Source of the DNA: the human T2T-CHM13v2.0 reference genome, Homo sapiens
Direction: 5' to 3' (one strand)
Assembly (NCBI RefSeq): GCF_009914755.1
Contig: NC_060932.1
Length of the DNA stretch: 64,000 nucleotides
Made by a program: the position numbers and the translations under genes. The first letter of the stretch is position 1; every line of letters starts with the position of its first letter. This document shows, in pieces, positions 1 to 13,089 of the stretch. The notes under the pieces are model-generated. The model was not told the DNA's origin. It did no database searches and saw only the letters and a program-made list of their open reading frames with translations.

Positions 1-196
1 CTCCTGTGTTCATTCTCCTTCCTGCAGCCTTGCAAAGGAGGTGTCTTGCTTCACCTTCACCTTCCACTGTGATTGTAAGTTTTCTGAGGCCTCGCCAGCC
101 ATGCGGAACTGTGAGTCAATTAAACCTCTTTCCTTTATAAATTACCCAGTCAGTCTAAGGCAGTTCTTTATAGCAATGTGAAAATGGACTAATACA
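1..196 (+). mobile_element. MaLR LTR 3' part (THE1D/MST-like)
   Basis: Diagnostic 3' end: ...GCCATGCGGAACTGTGAGTCAATTAAACCTCTTTCCTTTATAAATTACCCAGTC...ATGGACTAATACA. Confidence 0.9.
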
Positions 197-882
197 GGGC
201 ATAAGGCAGAAAAAGCAACTGAGGCAAGTTTCAGAGCAAGAGTGGAAGTTTATTAAAAAGTTTGGGACAGAAAAGAAAGTACACTTGGAAGAGACCCAAG
301 CGGGCAACTTGAGGGACAAGTGTGGCATTTAACCCTGATCCTGGGACTTCATATGCTGGCCCACTTCTGGAGTCTTGCTGCCCTCTCCCTTCATTCTTCC
401 CTCAGTGTGAGCTGCCCGAATGCACAGTGCCCTCCCTATGCTTGGGAGGTGAGCATGCACCATGTGCTTAGGAATTTGTACACATGCCCATCTGAGGCTT
501 TCTTCCCTTTTCCAGTGGAATGCCCCCGGAAGGTCATACTCCACTATTTTGTCTCTTAATGTGCATGCCCAAGCTCACTCACCCAATTTCTGAAATTTTA
601 TTGGAAGCTGATTACCAATCTCAAGTGTTTTTATCTGTTTGGGAAATTGCCTATGCCTGGCACCTGCTTTAATATCAATTAACATCAAGTAACACTTTAG
701 TGACAGCTGTGGACCATCAGGGAATTGTCTCTCTCCCTCTCTCTGGCCCATCTGCCAAATTATCCATTTTAGAAAGGCAGTGTGATAACTGCGAAACCAT
801 CACCTGGCATTCTTGCTTGAGGGGATTGGGGAGGGTAGAGTCCTCTCCTGCCCTGCTCATGCCTGTCTAACTACCTGTAACA
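197..882 (-). mobile_element. ERV1 LTR (MER50/MER83 group)
   Basis: Reverse complement starts TGTTACAGGTAGTTAGACAGGCATGAGCAGGGCAGGAGAGG; minus-strand AATAAA near 250. Confidence 0.7.
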
Positions 883-1107
883 TACCTGGAAGGAAGAAAT
901 GCATGTTCGTAGAGGCCAAGAAAAATCTAGACAGACAGGCCTAGGTTCCCCACTCAGTTTATTAACATTAGCTCATACCCTTTTGTTCAATCATATTTCT
1001 ACACAGCTACTCATACTTTGCTGAACCTAAGCATGAAAATGAGCCATTTCCAGTCTATCTTTAGGTCTTCATTCTGAAGGCTCCCATGTCACATAAAACT
1101 ATGATCA

Positions 1108-1792
<685 letters not shown>

Positions 1793-1989
1793 TTAACCTT
1801 TTTGTCAGTGATTTGCAGTGAAACTTCAAGGGGCAAAGGAGACGTTTTCCCTTGGCCCACACATTAGCTTGCAAGTAGGGTAAAATCTCAGACCTTTAAA
1901 GTTCTTAATAATTTCTTTCCACACTTTTCCTCAGCATAGTCCTTTCCTCACAATGACAAGGGATGAATACCACTAACTCTAATTGCCTT

Positions 1990-2172
1990 CAGTGTTTCTT
2001 AAATGTGGTTCATGGTTCTCCTGCAATTACCTGGGGAGTTTTCTAAAAGCAGTTTCCTGGGCCCACTTTAATCTACTCATCTCTCTTGTGGAAAGTGAGG
2101 CCCAGGAATCTTCATTTTCACTTGCATGCTAGGTGATTCTGAGGTGCAAGAAAGTTTGAAAGCAATTATCCT
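1990..2172. mobile_element. MER5-family hAT MITE
   Basis: CAGTGTTTCTTAAA...GGCCCAGGAATCTTCATTTT...GGTGATTCTGAGG...AAGTTTGAAA pattern. Confidence 0.7.
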
Positions 2173-2589
2173 AGATCTATTCACCCAACAAGTTGTTGGG
2201 TCTCCAGCTATGGTTGGTTAGTGGTTCAAAAATTAACCTTAGAGGCAATATCCAAAAAAGCCACAAGATGGGGCTAACAACGCTACACTCCAGATAGCCC
2301 TCTCCCCTCCCCCCAACGCAGAGACTCTTACGTCGTCTCATTCTCTTTCACTGTGTTCTCTTATCTCTGTGTCCCAGTTGTGTTGTGAATCGATATGTGT
2401 TGCTGTCTATGTGTTTCATTCTGTTCTTACCTGATCTTCCTTATTTTGTTGGGTCTTTTTTTTTTCTCATATTCTGAATGGGGCCACAAATCAAAAACAA
2501 GAAGGAAGAGTAGAAATTGTATCTTTTAAACTACAATACAAAGGTTAACATTAAACCAATAAGGCTCTTCAATCATTCTGGAAATCCAG

Positions 2590-2740
2590 AAAGGACTTAG
2601 TTCTAGTCCAAGCTCTACCACTACCCAGGGGCAGGACCTGGGGCATATTATTTCACTTTTCTAACTTGCTTTTCCTCCACTATAAAAGAAAAGATGGAAC
2701 TAATTGCTCCAAGTTCTGACCAACTTAGATGCTCTGAAAT
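2590..2740 (+). mobile_element. MIR fragment
   Basis: GTTCTAGTCCAAGCTCTACCACT...GACCTGGGGCA...TTTCCTCCACTATAAAA core. Confidence 0.55.
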
Positions 2741-3159
2741 TGTTTTATTCTTTGCATATGGTGGGGGGGTGGGTAAGGGTGACTAAGACTTAGCCAGAGA
2801 CCAGGAAAGAGAAATCTTGGTGACTAGAACCAATCTGTCACCAATTTATATTTCTCCTTTCAATACAAAGGACCTTATTCAGAGGTCCTTATTGATGTTC
2901 AAGTCCTATGTATACTAGCTAATCTTCTGCAAGAGCTTACTCAAAAGTTCTCATAATCTCTAATTTCCTGCATCCCACCTCCCAAATGCCCTGCCAAGCA
3001 CTGCCAGATTTCCAAACCCCTTGCCATCACCATGTAAATTTGTGTAAGGAATAACTTTTTAAATTGTTAAGAAAATAAATTCCCAGGTGCAGAGAGTAAA
3101 GGAGGAAATTGCCTTGTTTTTTTTTTTTTCTGAAACAGTGAACTAGAAAGTGGCTACTG

Positions 3160-3365
3160 CAAATAAAGGCAGAGATTGTTAGATTATATAAAAAGGCAAG
3201 ACTCAACTATATGCTGGCTATAAGGAACTTAACTTTAAATGTAAGCATACAGATTGAACTAACAGGATGGAAGAAGATATACCACACTAATGCTAATAAA
3301 AACAAAGCTGGTTTGACTATGTTAATATCAGACAAAGCAGATTTCAGATAACAAAATATTGGGAT
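3160..3365 (+). mobile_element. Ancient L1 ORF2 (endonuclease region) fragment
   Basis: Decayed motifs GGATGGAAGAAGATATACCA...AAAGCTGG...ATATCAGACAAAGCAGATTTCA (GWKKIY...ISDK.DF). Confidence 0.75.
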
Positions 3366-3629
3366 AAGGACAACAGTTGCTAAATAAAGTCAGCCACAGG
3401 GCTGGCAGCAGCATCTTCGGAAACAGGCATCCTGGCACTGCAGACATAATCGACCTTGTTCATCAGAGTTACCAAGTAAATCTTTGAGGAAATCACTGTA
3501 GTCCGATGTACCTTTACTGAGGCCTAAACTACAGAAACAAGGAGGGTGGGAGCTCTCAGTTGATCTGAATAATGCAGGGAGAACTTCTGTGAGAAATAGT
3601 GTTTAATCCAAGTAACTAGGGAAACACTG

Positions 3630-4625
3630 AGGGTGGTAAACTGCCTGCCTCTGGGTCATATTTGACTGCAAACATCTTTTATTTGACCTATACTTTTTTC
3701 TGTCTGTATCATTTATGATCTTTTAAGCTACATATAGATAAAATGCAACATAAAATGATTTAAGCCATAAGGGGGTGTATTATCTCACATACCAGGAAAT
3801 CTGGAGGCAAAAGGCATCCACTGTTGGTTATGTCAGTGACTTTAGATTCATCCTCTCTCTGGTCAGCCTATGGCTTCCTTTTGGTTGGAAAATGACTGCA
3901 GCAACTCCAGCATCTTATCCTGATATGAACCAATGTCCAGAAATGAAATAAGGCCATTTCTCCCTGTATGTCTCATTTTCAGAGCTAAGAAACCTTTCTT
4001 AAAACCTTCCAGAATACTCCCTTGCATCTTATTGGCCAGAACTGGGTCACATGTTCACTTCTAAATTCATCACTGGCAAGGGGAATAAGACCATCATGAT
4101 TGATTTGAGCTAATCAGAATTTACCTGAATCATGTGATGAAGGTGATTACCTGAGATACATTAGGGGCTCTGCTATTTATTATAAAAGGGAGAAAATTTT
4201 CCATTTGATAGGCAGTGACCTAGGCAATATTATGTCTTCCAATCCATGAACACAGGATGTCTTTTCCATTTCCTTATGCCTTCTATTATTTCACCAATGT
4301 TTTGTAGTTCTCATCATGCAGGACTTTTGCCTCCTTGGTTAAGCGTATTTCCAAGTATCTTATTTTTGCTGTCATTGTAAATGGAATTGTTTTTTCTTAA
4401 CTTCCTTTGCAGATAGTTCACTGTCTGCCTTTGCGTTTTGAAAAAAGGAGGATCTGGCTTCATTAAGCTTACTTTTCTGCATGGCAATAGACTTTTGAGC
4501 TGAATAGCAGCTGCTCCCTGTAGGAGGGACATTTGTTCTCCCATTTGCCACAGTTCCTATCCAGCCAGCTTCCCTCACATTCCCTGCTCGGCCCCTGTAG
4601 GCATTTCGGCTTTCGACCTCTTGTT
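3630..4625 (+). mobile_element. MER102-like hAT-Charlie element interrupted by MLT1 (~3700-4190) and an antisense L1M fragment (~4225-4425)
   Basis: 3' part ...GCATGGCAA...AGCAGCTGCTCCC...TTTGCCACAGTTCC...GGCCCCTGTAGGCATTT; MLT-type ATTGGCCAGAACTGGGTCACATG; L1-type TCCAATCCATGAACACAGGATGTCTTTTCCATTT. Confidence 0.6.
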
Positions 4626-5412
4626 TAGATCATCCACATGAAGTTACACATTGCTGCAATTCATTATAAAGACACTGGAGTGGTACAGGAATAGACAGCC
4701 AACTTGGCAACTGGACACAACACAAAGCTGATTTTCCATGTTCCTGAAATTTATATTGAAGCACTCAATTATTTTATTGGAAACATTTTGAATGGGAATA
4801 TTTCAGAAATATATTTTGTGGTTTTTTTTCTCTAAAGCATGCAGAACGTAATATAAATCATACCTCATGATGCACCAAAATAGACAATAATACTCTACTG
4901 TGCTGGCTAATAAAGTAATAGGAGTTAATGAAGTATGCAGGGTTATTTGTCTCTGTCCTGTAAATGGCCACAGATGCTTGGTTTTGAGGGCTCTTGCACA
5001 TGCTAGGCATTTTTTTCCTGTCTAGAAGTTCTTCTTGTTCCTAACAATGCATTTGCCTGCAGCAATCTGCTTTCACTTCCTAGTTGATGTTTCCTGCACA
5101 CGGTGGGCTGGGACCAGATCACCACGTTTGTTAAAATTATGGAATTCGACACTGGCAAGCAAGGTTTGGGCAGTCACTCAATGCTTCAGAGCTTATCCAT
5201 GGGATGTTGGGGACCAGATGAGCCCACTCACAGGTGGGGGTTAGGGGTTCAGAGCCAAGAAGACCAAAGTCATAGAGCTGATTCAGAGTCGGCAGGGCAT
5301 CAGGGAAGTCTCCTTTTCCAGGCAGCCACTCTTTCTAGGAGCAGCCTGCAGGCCAGCCCTGCAGCAACCTGGGGAGTTATGGAAATCCTGAAGCGTGCCC
5401 AATAGCTGCGGA

Positions 5413-5453
5413 AACCATGTGTCCTCTGTGGCAACCATGTGTCCTCTGTGGCA
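5413..5453. repeat. Exact 20-bp tandem duplication (AACCATGTGTCCTCTGTGGC x2)
   Basis: Read directly from the sequence. Confidence 0.95.
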
Positions 5454-5473
5454 TTGAGGCTTTCTCTGCATGG

Positions 5474-5773
<300 letters not shown>

Positions 5774-6183
5774 TTTCGTGTTGTTCTTTAATGGAACAAT
5801 TAAAAATGCTCTTCAGTGTTTTCCATCCTTCCAAAAATTGACCCAAATCAATTTTTCAATGGTTTAACTATGTCTTTATTTTTCCCAAAGAGATTCACAT
5901 TGGATTATTTCCAGGAGCCCTTTTTTATCCTCTGTGGAAAGATCTTATTTTGTTCATTTTTTTTAACTTTTTCATTATGTGCAGTTTCAAATGCACTCAA
6001 TATTTTAGAGAGAACAGTATAATTAACCCCCACATACCCATCATTCAGCTTGCATTATTATCAACTTTGCTATTTTCGTTTTATCTCTCCCCTCTACAGA
6101 TTTTTTTTTGGATGGGGGAGGTGGAATATTTTAAAGCAACCTTTTTTTTTTTTTCAGGAACCCGTTTTAAAAAGTTACAACAG

Positions 6184-6516
<333 letters not shown>

Positions 6517-6808
6517 TCAGTTATGAGCTATAGCAATAGCAAGGAAATGCACATGTACTTCTAGTTTTTCTAACATCCCATAAGGTAAATTAATCCCATT
6601 TTATACATGAGAAAATTGAGGTTCTGCCTTAACTTATATCTAAAAGAAAATAGGATAAATGGTGGTGTATTAGCTAGGATGCTCTGAAGAAAAGAAAAAC
6701 GCTGCATATTTCTCTGTACTCTTCTGTACCACCCAACAGTCACGTCTGATGCTGGATGTGCAGGAGTTTCTCCCCACCAACAACTGATTGCCAGTGAACA
6801 CCAGCTGG

Positions 6809-7144
6809 TGAGACAGCCGGGTGGGAAGGGTCCCCAGAGAAACTCTAGCCAGCCTGTATACTGGGAGGAGTGCGCATTGGGGTGGAGCCACAGGAGTTCC
6901 TGCTGTTTGTAGTGGGGAGGAGTCTGGCCCCTCCTTTTCCTGGGTGGTACCTGCGATTCAAACTGTGAGGTAGGAAGCACGTAGGGACTCTGGCTTTGTG
7001 AAGGGTCCCTGTTGCCATTTTTTTCCCTCTTCACCCAATAAAACCCTGCCTTACTCACCCTTCAAATTGTCTGTGAGCCTAATCTTTCATGGCCATGAGA
7101 CAAGGACCCCGTCTTTAGCTAAACTAAGGAAAAGTCCCACAACA
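6809..7144 (+). mobile_element. MER48 solo LTR
   Basis: TGAGACAGCCGGGTGGGAAGGGTCCCC...CCCAATAAAACCC...AAAAGTCCCACAACA; near-TSD CTGG/CTGA. Confidence 0.8.
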
Positions 7145-7801
7145 CTGAGCGTCCCATAATTCAGCTCAATTCAGACACTATCTACCTGGAGATAGCATCA
7201 GATCCCACAGGCTAAGGGCTCAGTCCCACAGGACTGCCCCAACTCCCCACCCTGCCACCCCGCTCCAGCTTCAGATGCCAGTAGCAAGTCCCGGGTTGTG
7301 GCCTGTGCTTCCGACTGACTGGCTATACATCAGGGTTCCCATGACCCCTCCTTAGGTTTGATTAATCTGCTAGAGTGGCTCACAAAGCTCAGAGAAACAC
7401 TTTTCTTTCTTTTGTCCTTTATTAAAAAAGATATTGTGAAAGATACAGGTGAGCAACCAAAGGGAAGAGATGCACAGGGTGAGGTCTGTGGGAAGGGGCA
7501 TGGAGCTTCATGCCTTCCCTTAAAGTGCCACCCTTTGAGAACCTCTGCAACTTCAGCTCTGAACCATGTTCTTTTGGGTTTTTAGGAAGGCTTCTTTATG
7601 TAGGCATGACTGATTACAGTATTGGCCATGGGTGATCAACTCAACCTTCAGCCCCTTTCCTTCCCCAAGTTTTAGGGATAGCGCTGAAAGTTCAGCCTTC
7701 TCATCATACCTCAGTTTTTCTGATGACCAGCCCTCATCCTGAAGCTATCTAAGGGATCTAAGATACCTAAGCCACCAGGCATCTCATTGGCATACAAAAG
7801 G

Positions 7802-8640
<839 letters not shown>

Positions 8641-8768
8641 AAAAGAGAAAGTTCTTTTTTAGGTTGAGGGCATGATTTTGAGTTCTATTCAAGCCATACT
8701 CAACTTATTTTGGCCTCAACTGTGGCCCACTTCGTAAACATAGTGATGTCTGGTTAAATTAGAGGTAG

Positions 8769-9026
<258 letters not shown>

Positions 9027-9149
9027 TAACCATACTGTTCTTTTAAAATAAAATTTATTCTACATAATAGTAAATTTACATGATGTAATTTAAATTCCAT
9101 CATTTACAATGGAGAGATGCCAGTTACATAATGTCGCAGCCCTGCCAAT

Positions 9150-9550
9150 GATGGGTTTTGCTCTTTACCACCTGGGAGCCTGTGAATAATTTATTTACCT
9201 TATCCAAGCTTCCTTTTCCTTTCTGCAAACCAGGAATAGGACTAGCAACTTCATAGACGGTTGTGAAGACAAGCTAGACGGCAGATGAAAGTTCTTGGCA
9301 CAGAGTGAACACTTGATAAACTATATGGCAGGTATGTATGTACTATCTCCCCATAAAGCTTACTTTAATTGCTATCATTTCTAAAAATTATAGCTATAGA
9401 ATTTTTCATAGCATTTGTACACCTATCACTTAATTTGGGCTTCACAATACCCTGGGAAACAGGTAGAACAGATAATACTTATTTTTCTACTTTTCTAGAT
9501 TAGGAAATAAAAGCTCAGAAAGATGGATTCGCATGTCCAAAGTCACAACC
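9150..9550. mobile_element. Two MIR fragments in opposite orientation
   Basis: GTTGTGAAGA...AAAGTTCTTGGCACAGAG; CTTCACAATACCCTG...CAGGTAG...GGAAATAAAAGCTCAGA...CCAAAGTCACA. Confidence 0.55.
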
Positions 9551-11394
9551 TCTTCCCTCTTGACTGGATCCTTCCTGTGAGCATTGAAACCTGCTCTACT
9601 GGCTATCATCCTAAATGACAAATCAGTCCTCTTTCAACCCACGACCCCCTCCAATATCCCCTGGTCTCAATTGCCCTTGGCAGTCAAGCTTTCCAGGACT
9701 CATCAGCGCGTGCCGCCTCTGTGTCTTCACTTTCAGTTTACTTATCAGCCCACCCCACTTGACCTTTGGCTCTTCATTCATTTGCTCCTGGTAAGAGCTT
9801 CACTTGAAGTCCTCTGCTGTCTCTGACTCTTGCCTTAGACAAGTTTATCCATTCTTGTGGTTTCAAATGCCATCCCAAAAGTTAATCACCAGCTCAACCA
9901 CCTTTGTGATCTCCAGTTAGTGAAAAGATAAGAAAAGAGAACCTGAACCAGGATGGGTCAATAGGACAGGAAAGAAAACGAGGAATAGGAAAAAAGTTTG
10001 TGGGACTCCCAGGACTTAGAGATTGGAGATTGCATGGCTGCAGGGTAAGGAGGGAGAGGGAGAGTCAAAGGTGACTTCTCTTTTGTTGACATTCACAGGG
10101 AGGGCTGGAACGGGGCTTGTTTGAAGAGCAATATGAGCCAGGGTTATAGACCTGAGTTTGGGGTAAGAGTGGAACATCCAAATGGAAGAGTCCAGCAGCT
10201 GAAAGGACATTTGTTCAAAGGCCTTTTTCATTACAGTTTTCTCCTTCTTCTGATCCAGGTATGCATCCCCCCAACACCCCCACAATTAGGGCCTCCCACA
10301 TGGCACTTGGTCAGCTTGAGATACAGAAGTAGAAGGGAAATATTTTTCTTCTCTAACTGGGGTAGATCATTATTGCAACCTATGCCATATGGAGAGCATC
10401 GCCATGGATAGTGTCTTTTAGGGATTTCCATGGAATTTGAGGGCTCCTGAGGCATTTCTGATGGGTTTTTTTAAAAGGCAGTAACAGGCAGAAATGCATG
10501 ACCTTGTCACCTGAGTTGCTTGTACATGACACTGGACAGAACCTAGGGAGACCTGATGGCGGAGTTGGCCACCCCAGAGAGTTTCTCAATGTCTTTTTCA
10601 TTTAAAAAGCTATGGGTTTATGATTCTGTGAGGTAGATTTGGGAGATTCTTTTTTTAAAGTGCCGAAGAATTCAACAACCTCTGAAAACTCACCTTTCCC
10701 AGAATTGGTCCCAGCAAGATAAGATTGTAGTTCATTTATGTGGCCACACAGGGGCAGCACACACAAACTCACCTTTTCTTAAACAGGTCTTGATTGTCTT
10801 TGCTTTTAGTTCCCACTGCCACCTCCTAGTACAGACTCTCAACAACTCACCCAGGTATCTAACTTTTGTGCCACTCAGCCTTCATCACTTCATTTCCAAG
10901 CGCAAGAATACGGAGGGGACACCCACTGTCAGATGCCCTCTGACCATGTCCTTGCCATGTAGTCAATTACCTGCCTCCTCATCCCCACACCTTCCCTGCT
11001 AACTTCAGTGTACCTCTGTCTGACTTGCCTCTCCATCCCTGGCCAAGTTCTCCCACCTGACCACCTTCTGACCTGCTGACCGCTGTGTAGTCACCAAGAT
11101 TACCTCCAAAATGCTGAGTGCTGGGAACGTGACAAATCTGTGAATAGCACAAATGGGAAGGGGTGGGGGGGCTCCAGCTGTCAAGGCTGGCAGTGCCCAT
11201 CAATGGGTTGTGAGCCCCATGCTGGGCAGGTGGGCCCTAGCTGCAGAGAGTCTGATCTTCATCGGACCCAGAGTGACATCCAGCCAATAGCTATGGGTAG
11301 TCCACTAATTATACTTTGAGAAACATTGACTTCCTAGCTTTGTTAACTTATCTAAGTCTCCAGTTTCTTTTCAGAAATGGGAAGGAGTCAGTGC

Positions 11395-11500
11395 AATCTT
11401 GGAAACTGAGTGCTTCCTCAGCACAACTCCAGGGGGCGCCATTCTCAGAAAGTACATTGTGAATAGCATCCTCTAGAATTGTGCAACAGGGCAGCTCTGG
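11395..11500. mobile_element. MER91-like hAT fragment
   Basis: GCACAACTCCAGGGGGCGCCATTC...TGTGAATAGCATCCTCTAGAATTGTGCAA. Confidence 0.55.
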
Positions 11501-12029
11501 GAATCAGATTCCAATCCTGCACAGGACACAGAATAAAGAAGCTTGGGACAGGGGCTCTGGAGAGGACATTGTAGGATGAGAATGATGCTGAGTACACTCC
11601 ACTTTTTTCACTTTATGCCAAGTCCAGGTCACTTCCTCCTCCTACTCAGGAGCAAGTCTGGAGTTTTCCTAGGGATAGGGAAGAAGTGTTGCTAAGTGCC
11701 CTTGAGTGCCTGCTCACATATCACCGGCCTGAGGAAAGAGGGGACCAGCCTCTGGGCGGGGCCCCTGGAAGGGGCTGTCCAGCATCTCTAACTATTCTTG
11801 TGCTGTCCTCAGACCCTACTTAGTCACAGCTCAGGGACCTGGTCTTCTGTGTTCAGGGACCTGGACCGGTTCTGCCAAAATCCCTAGTGGTATTTATGAT
11901 TTTTCATGCCTGCAAAGGGACTGGGGCCACTTTAGGACATGGAGAGATTAGGACACAAGTGCTCAGTACCATGTAGATATAACATCTCCCACTGCGGGGG
12001 GTCTTGGGAGAACCAGCCTGAGAAGTTGG

Positions 12030-12720
12030 TTTCCTCCGCCCGCCCTGCGCCCCCACCCACCTCACACACACCTTTTGGCCTCCAAAAGGCTGCAGGTGGA
12101 GTGGACAGAGGATGGAGGGGTGTTAGGAATTGGGGAGTTAACTGCTCACAAGGGGCACATAACATCCGAGGATCCCATTTGCGGCCGGGGGAATGGCAGA
12201 GATCGCCCCCCAGGTCTGCCCGGCGCTCAGGGAATTGGTGGCAGCGTCTATTTCAGAGTTTATGGTAAGAGGCTGGAGCCGGCACACACAGACAACACAC
12301 CCCACCCTTTAAGGAAGTGGGGAGGAGAGCAGCAGGGGTGTGGTTAACAACTCAGAGGAGGAGGGAGAATCTAACCTGTCAGCCCTTTTACTCAGCCACA
12401 GCCTCCGGAGCCGTTGCACACCTACCTGCCCGGCCGACTTACCTGTACTTGCCGCCGTCCCGGCTCACCTGGCGGTGCCCGAGGAGTAGTCGCTGGAGTC
12501 CGCGCCTCCCTGGGTGAGTCCCTCCCGCGAGCCAGGGCTGAGCGCTGCGCCCGGCAGAAGTTGGAGGCTTGACCGGGTGGCAGGGGTTGGGGACAATTCC
12601 GGGATCCTGGGCACCTGAGCTGGGAGTTCCCGGAGAAACGGCCAGACCCAGGAAATCGGAGCCGTGGGTGCTGTGCACATGCCCGGAGCTCGCCAGCCTT
12701 CCGCGGGGAAGAGGGGTTCT
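12030..12720 (+). promoter_or_regulatory. PTK2B: CpG-rich TATA-less promoter of PTK2B
   Basis: Local CpG enrichment; GC boxes at ~12032-12055; CACCC boxes ~12296-12307; ETS/PU.1 AAGGAAGTGG 12311-12320; RUNX TGTGGTT 12339-12345. Confidence 0.8.
12396..12513 (+). other. PTK2B: Non-coding 5'-UTR exon of PTK2B (start approximate when used as first exon)
   Basis: Matches my recollection of the PTK2B mRNA leader ...GGAGTAGTCGCTGGAGTCCGCGCCTCCCTGG; donor TGG|GTGAGT at 12513/12514; no ATG in the exon. Confidence 0.85.
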
Positions 12721-13052
12721 ATTTTTGGAGTAAATTTGACACTATAGGGTGTTTCTCCCTCTTTGTCCTCTCAACATATTCAGACAGGGGAGGCTGGGGG
12801 AGGCTAGGGGTGACGGTGTGAGGGCACAGCCAGGCTGCTGCCTCTAAAGCTCAGGTTAGGGAGCCACGGGGTTTCAGCTCCTGCCCCCGCTCCCCGCTCC
12901 CTCCCGGGCCCTTCCGCAGCCCCAGGGGTTATAGTCTCACCCCCAGCCCACCCTGACTCTCCTGCAGCCACTCCTTGCACCTGAGAGGTCATCTTCTGAA
13001 TCAAGCCCTGGCTGGAGGAAAGCAGGGGTGTTCTGGGGCACAGGGGAGCTCG

Positions 13053-13053
13053 T

Positions 13054-13087
<34 letters not shown>
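13053..13087. repeat. (TG)n microsatellite, 14 pure units at 13059-13086
   Basis: Read directly from the sequence. Confidence 0.95.

Positions 13088-13089
<2 letters not shown>

Noticed and set aside
3160-3365. L1 ORF2 coding potential
   Set aside because: Short fragment with stops and frameshifts
6570-7058. 162-aa minus-strand ORF
   Set aside because: Lies across MER48/MER21 LTR sequence; no gag/pol/env similarity visible
11832-11863. TCAGGGACCTGG repeated twice upstream of the promoter
   Set aside because: Short 12-bp repeat with no clear motif or further structure
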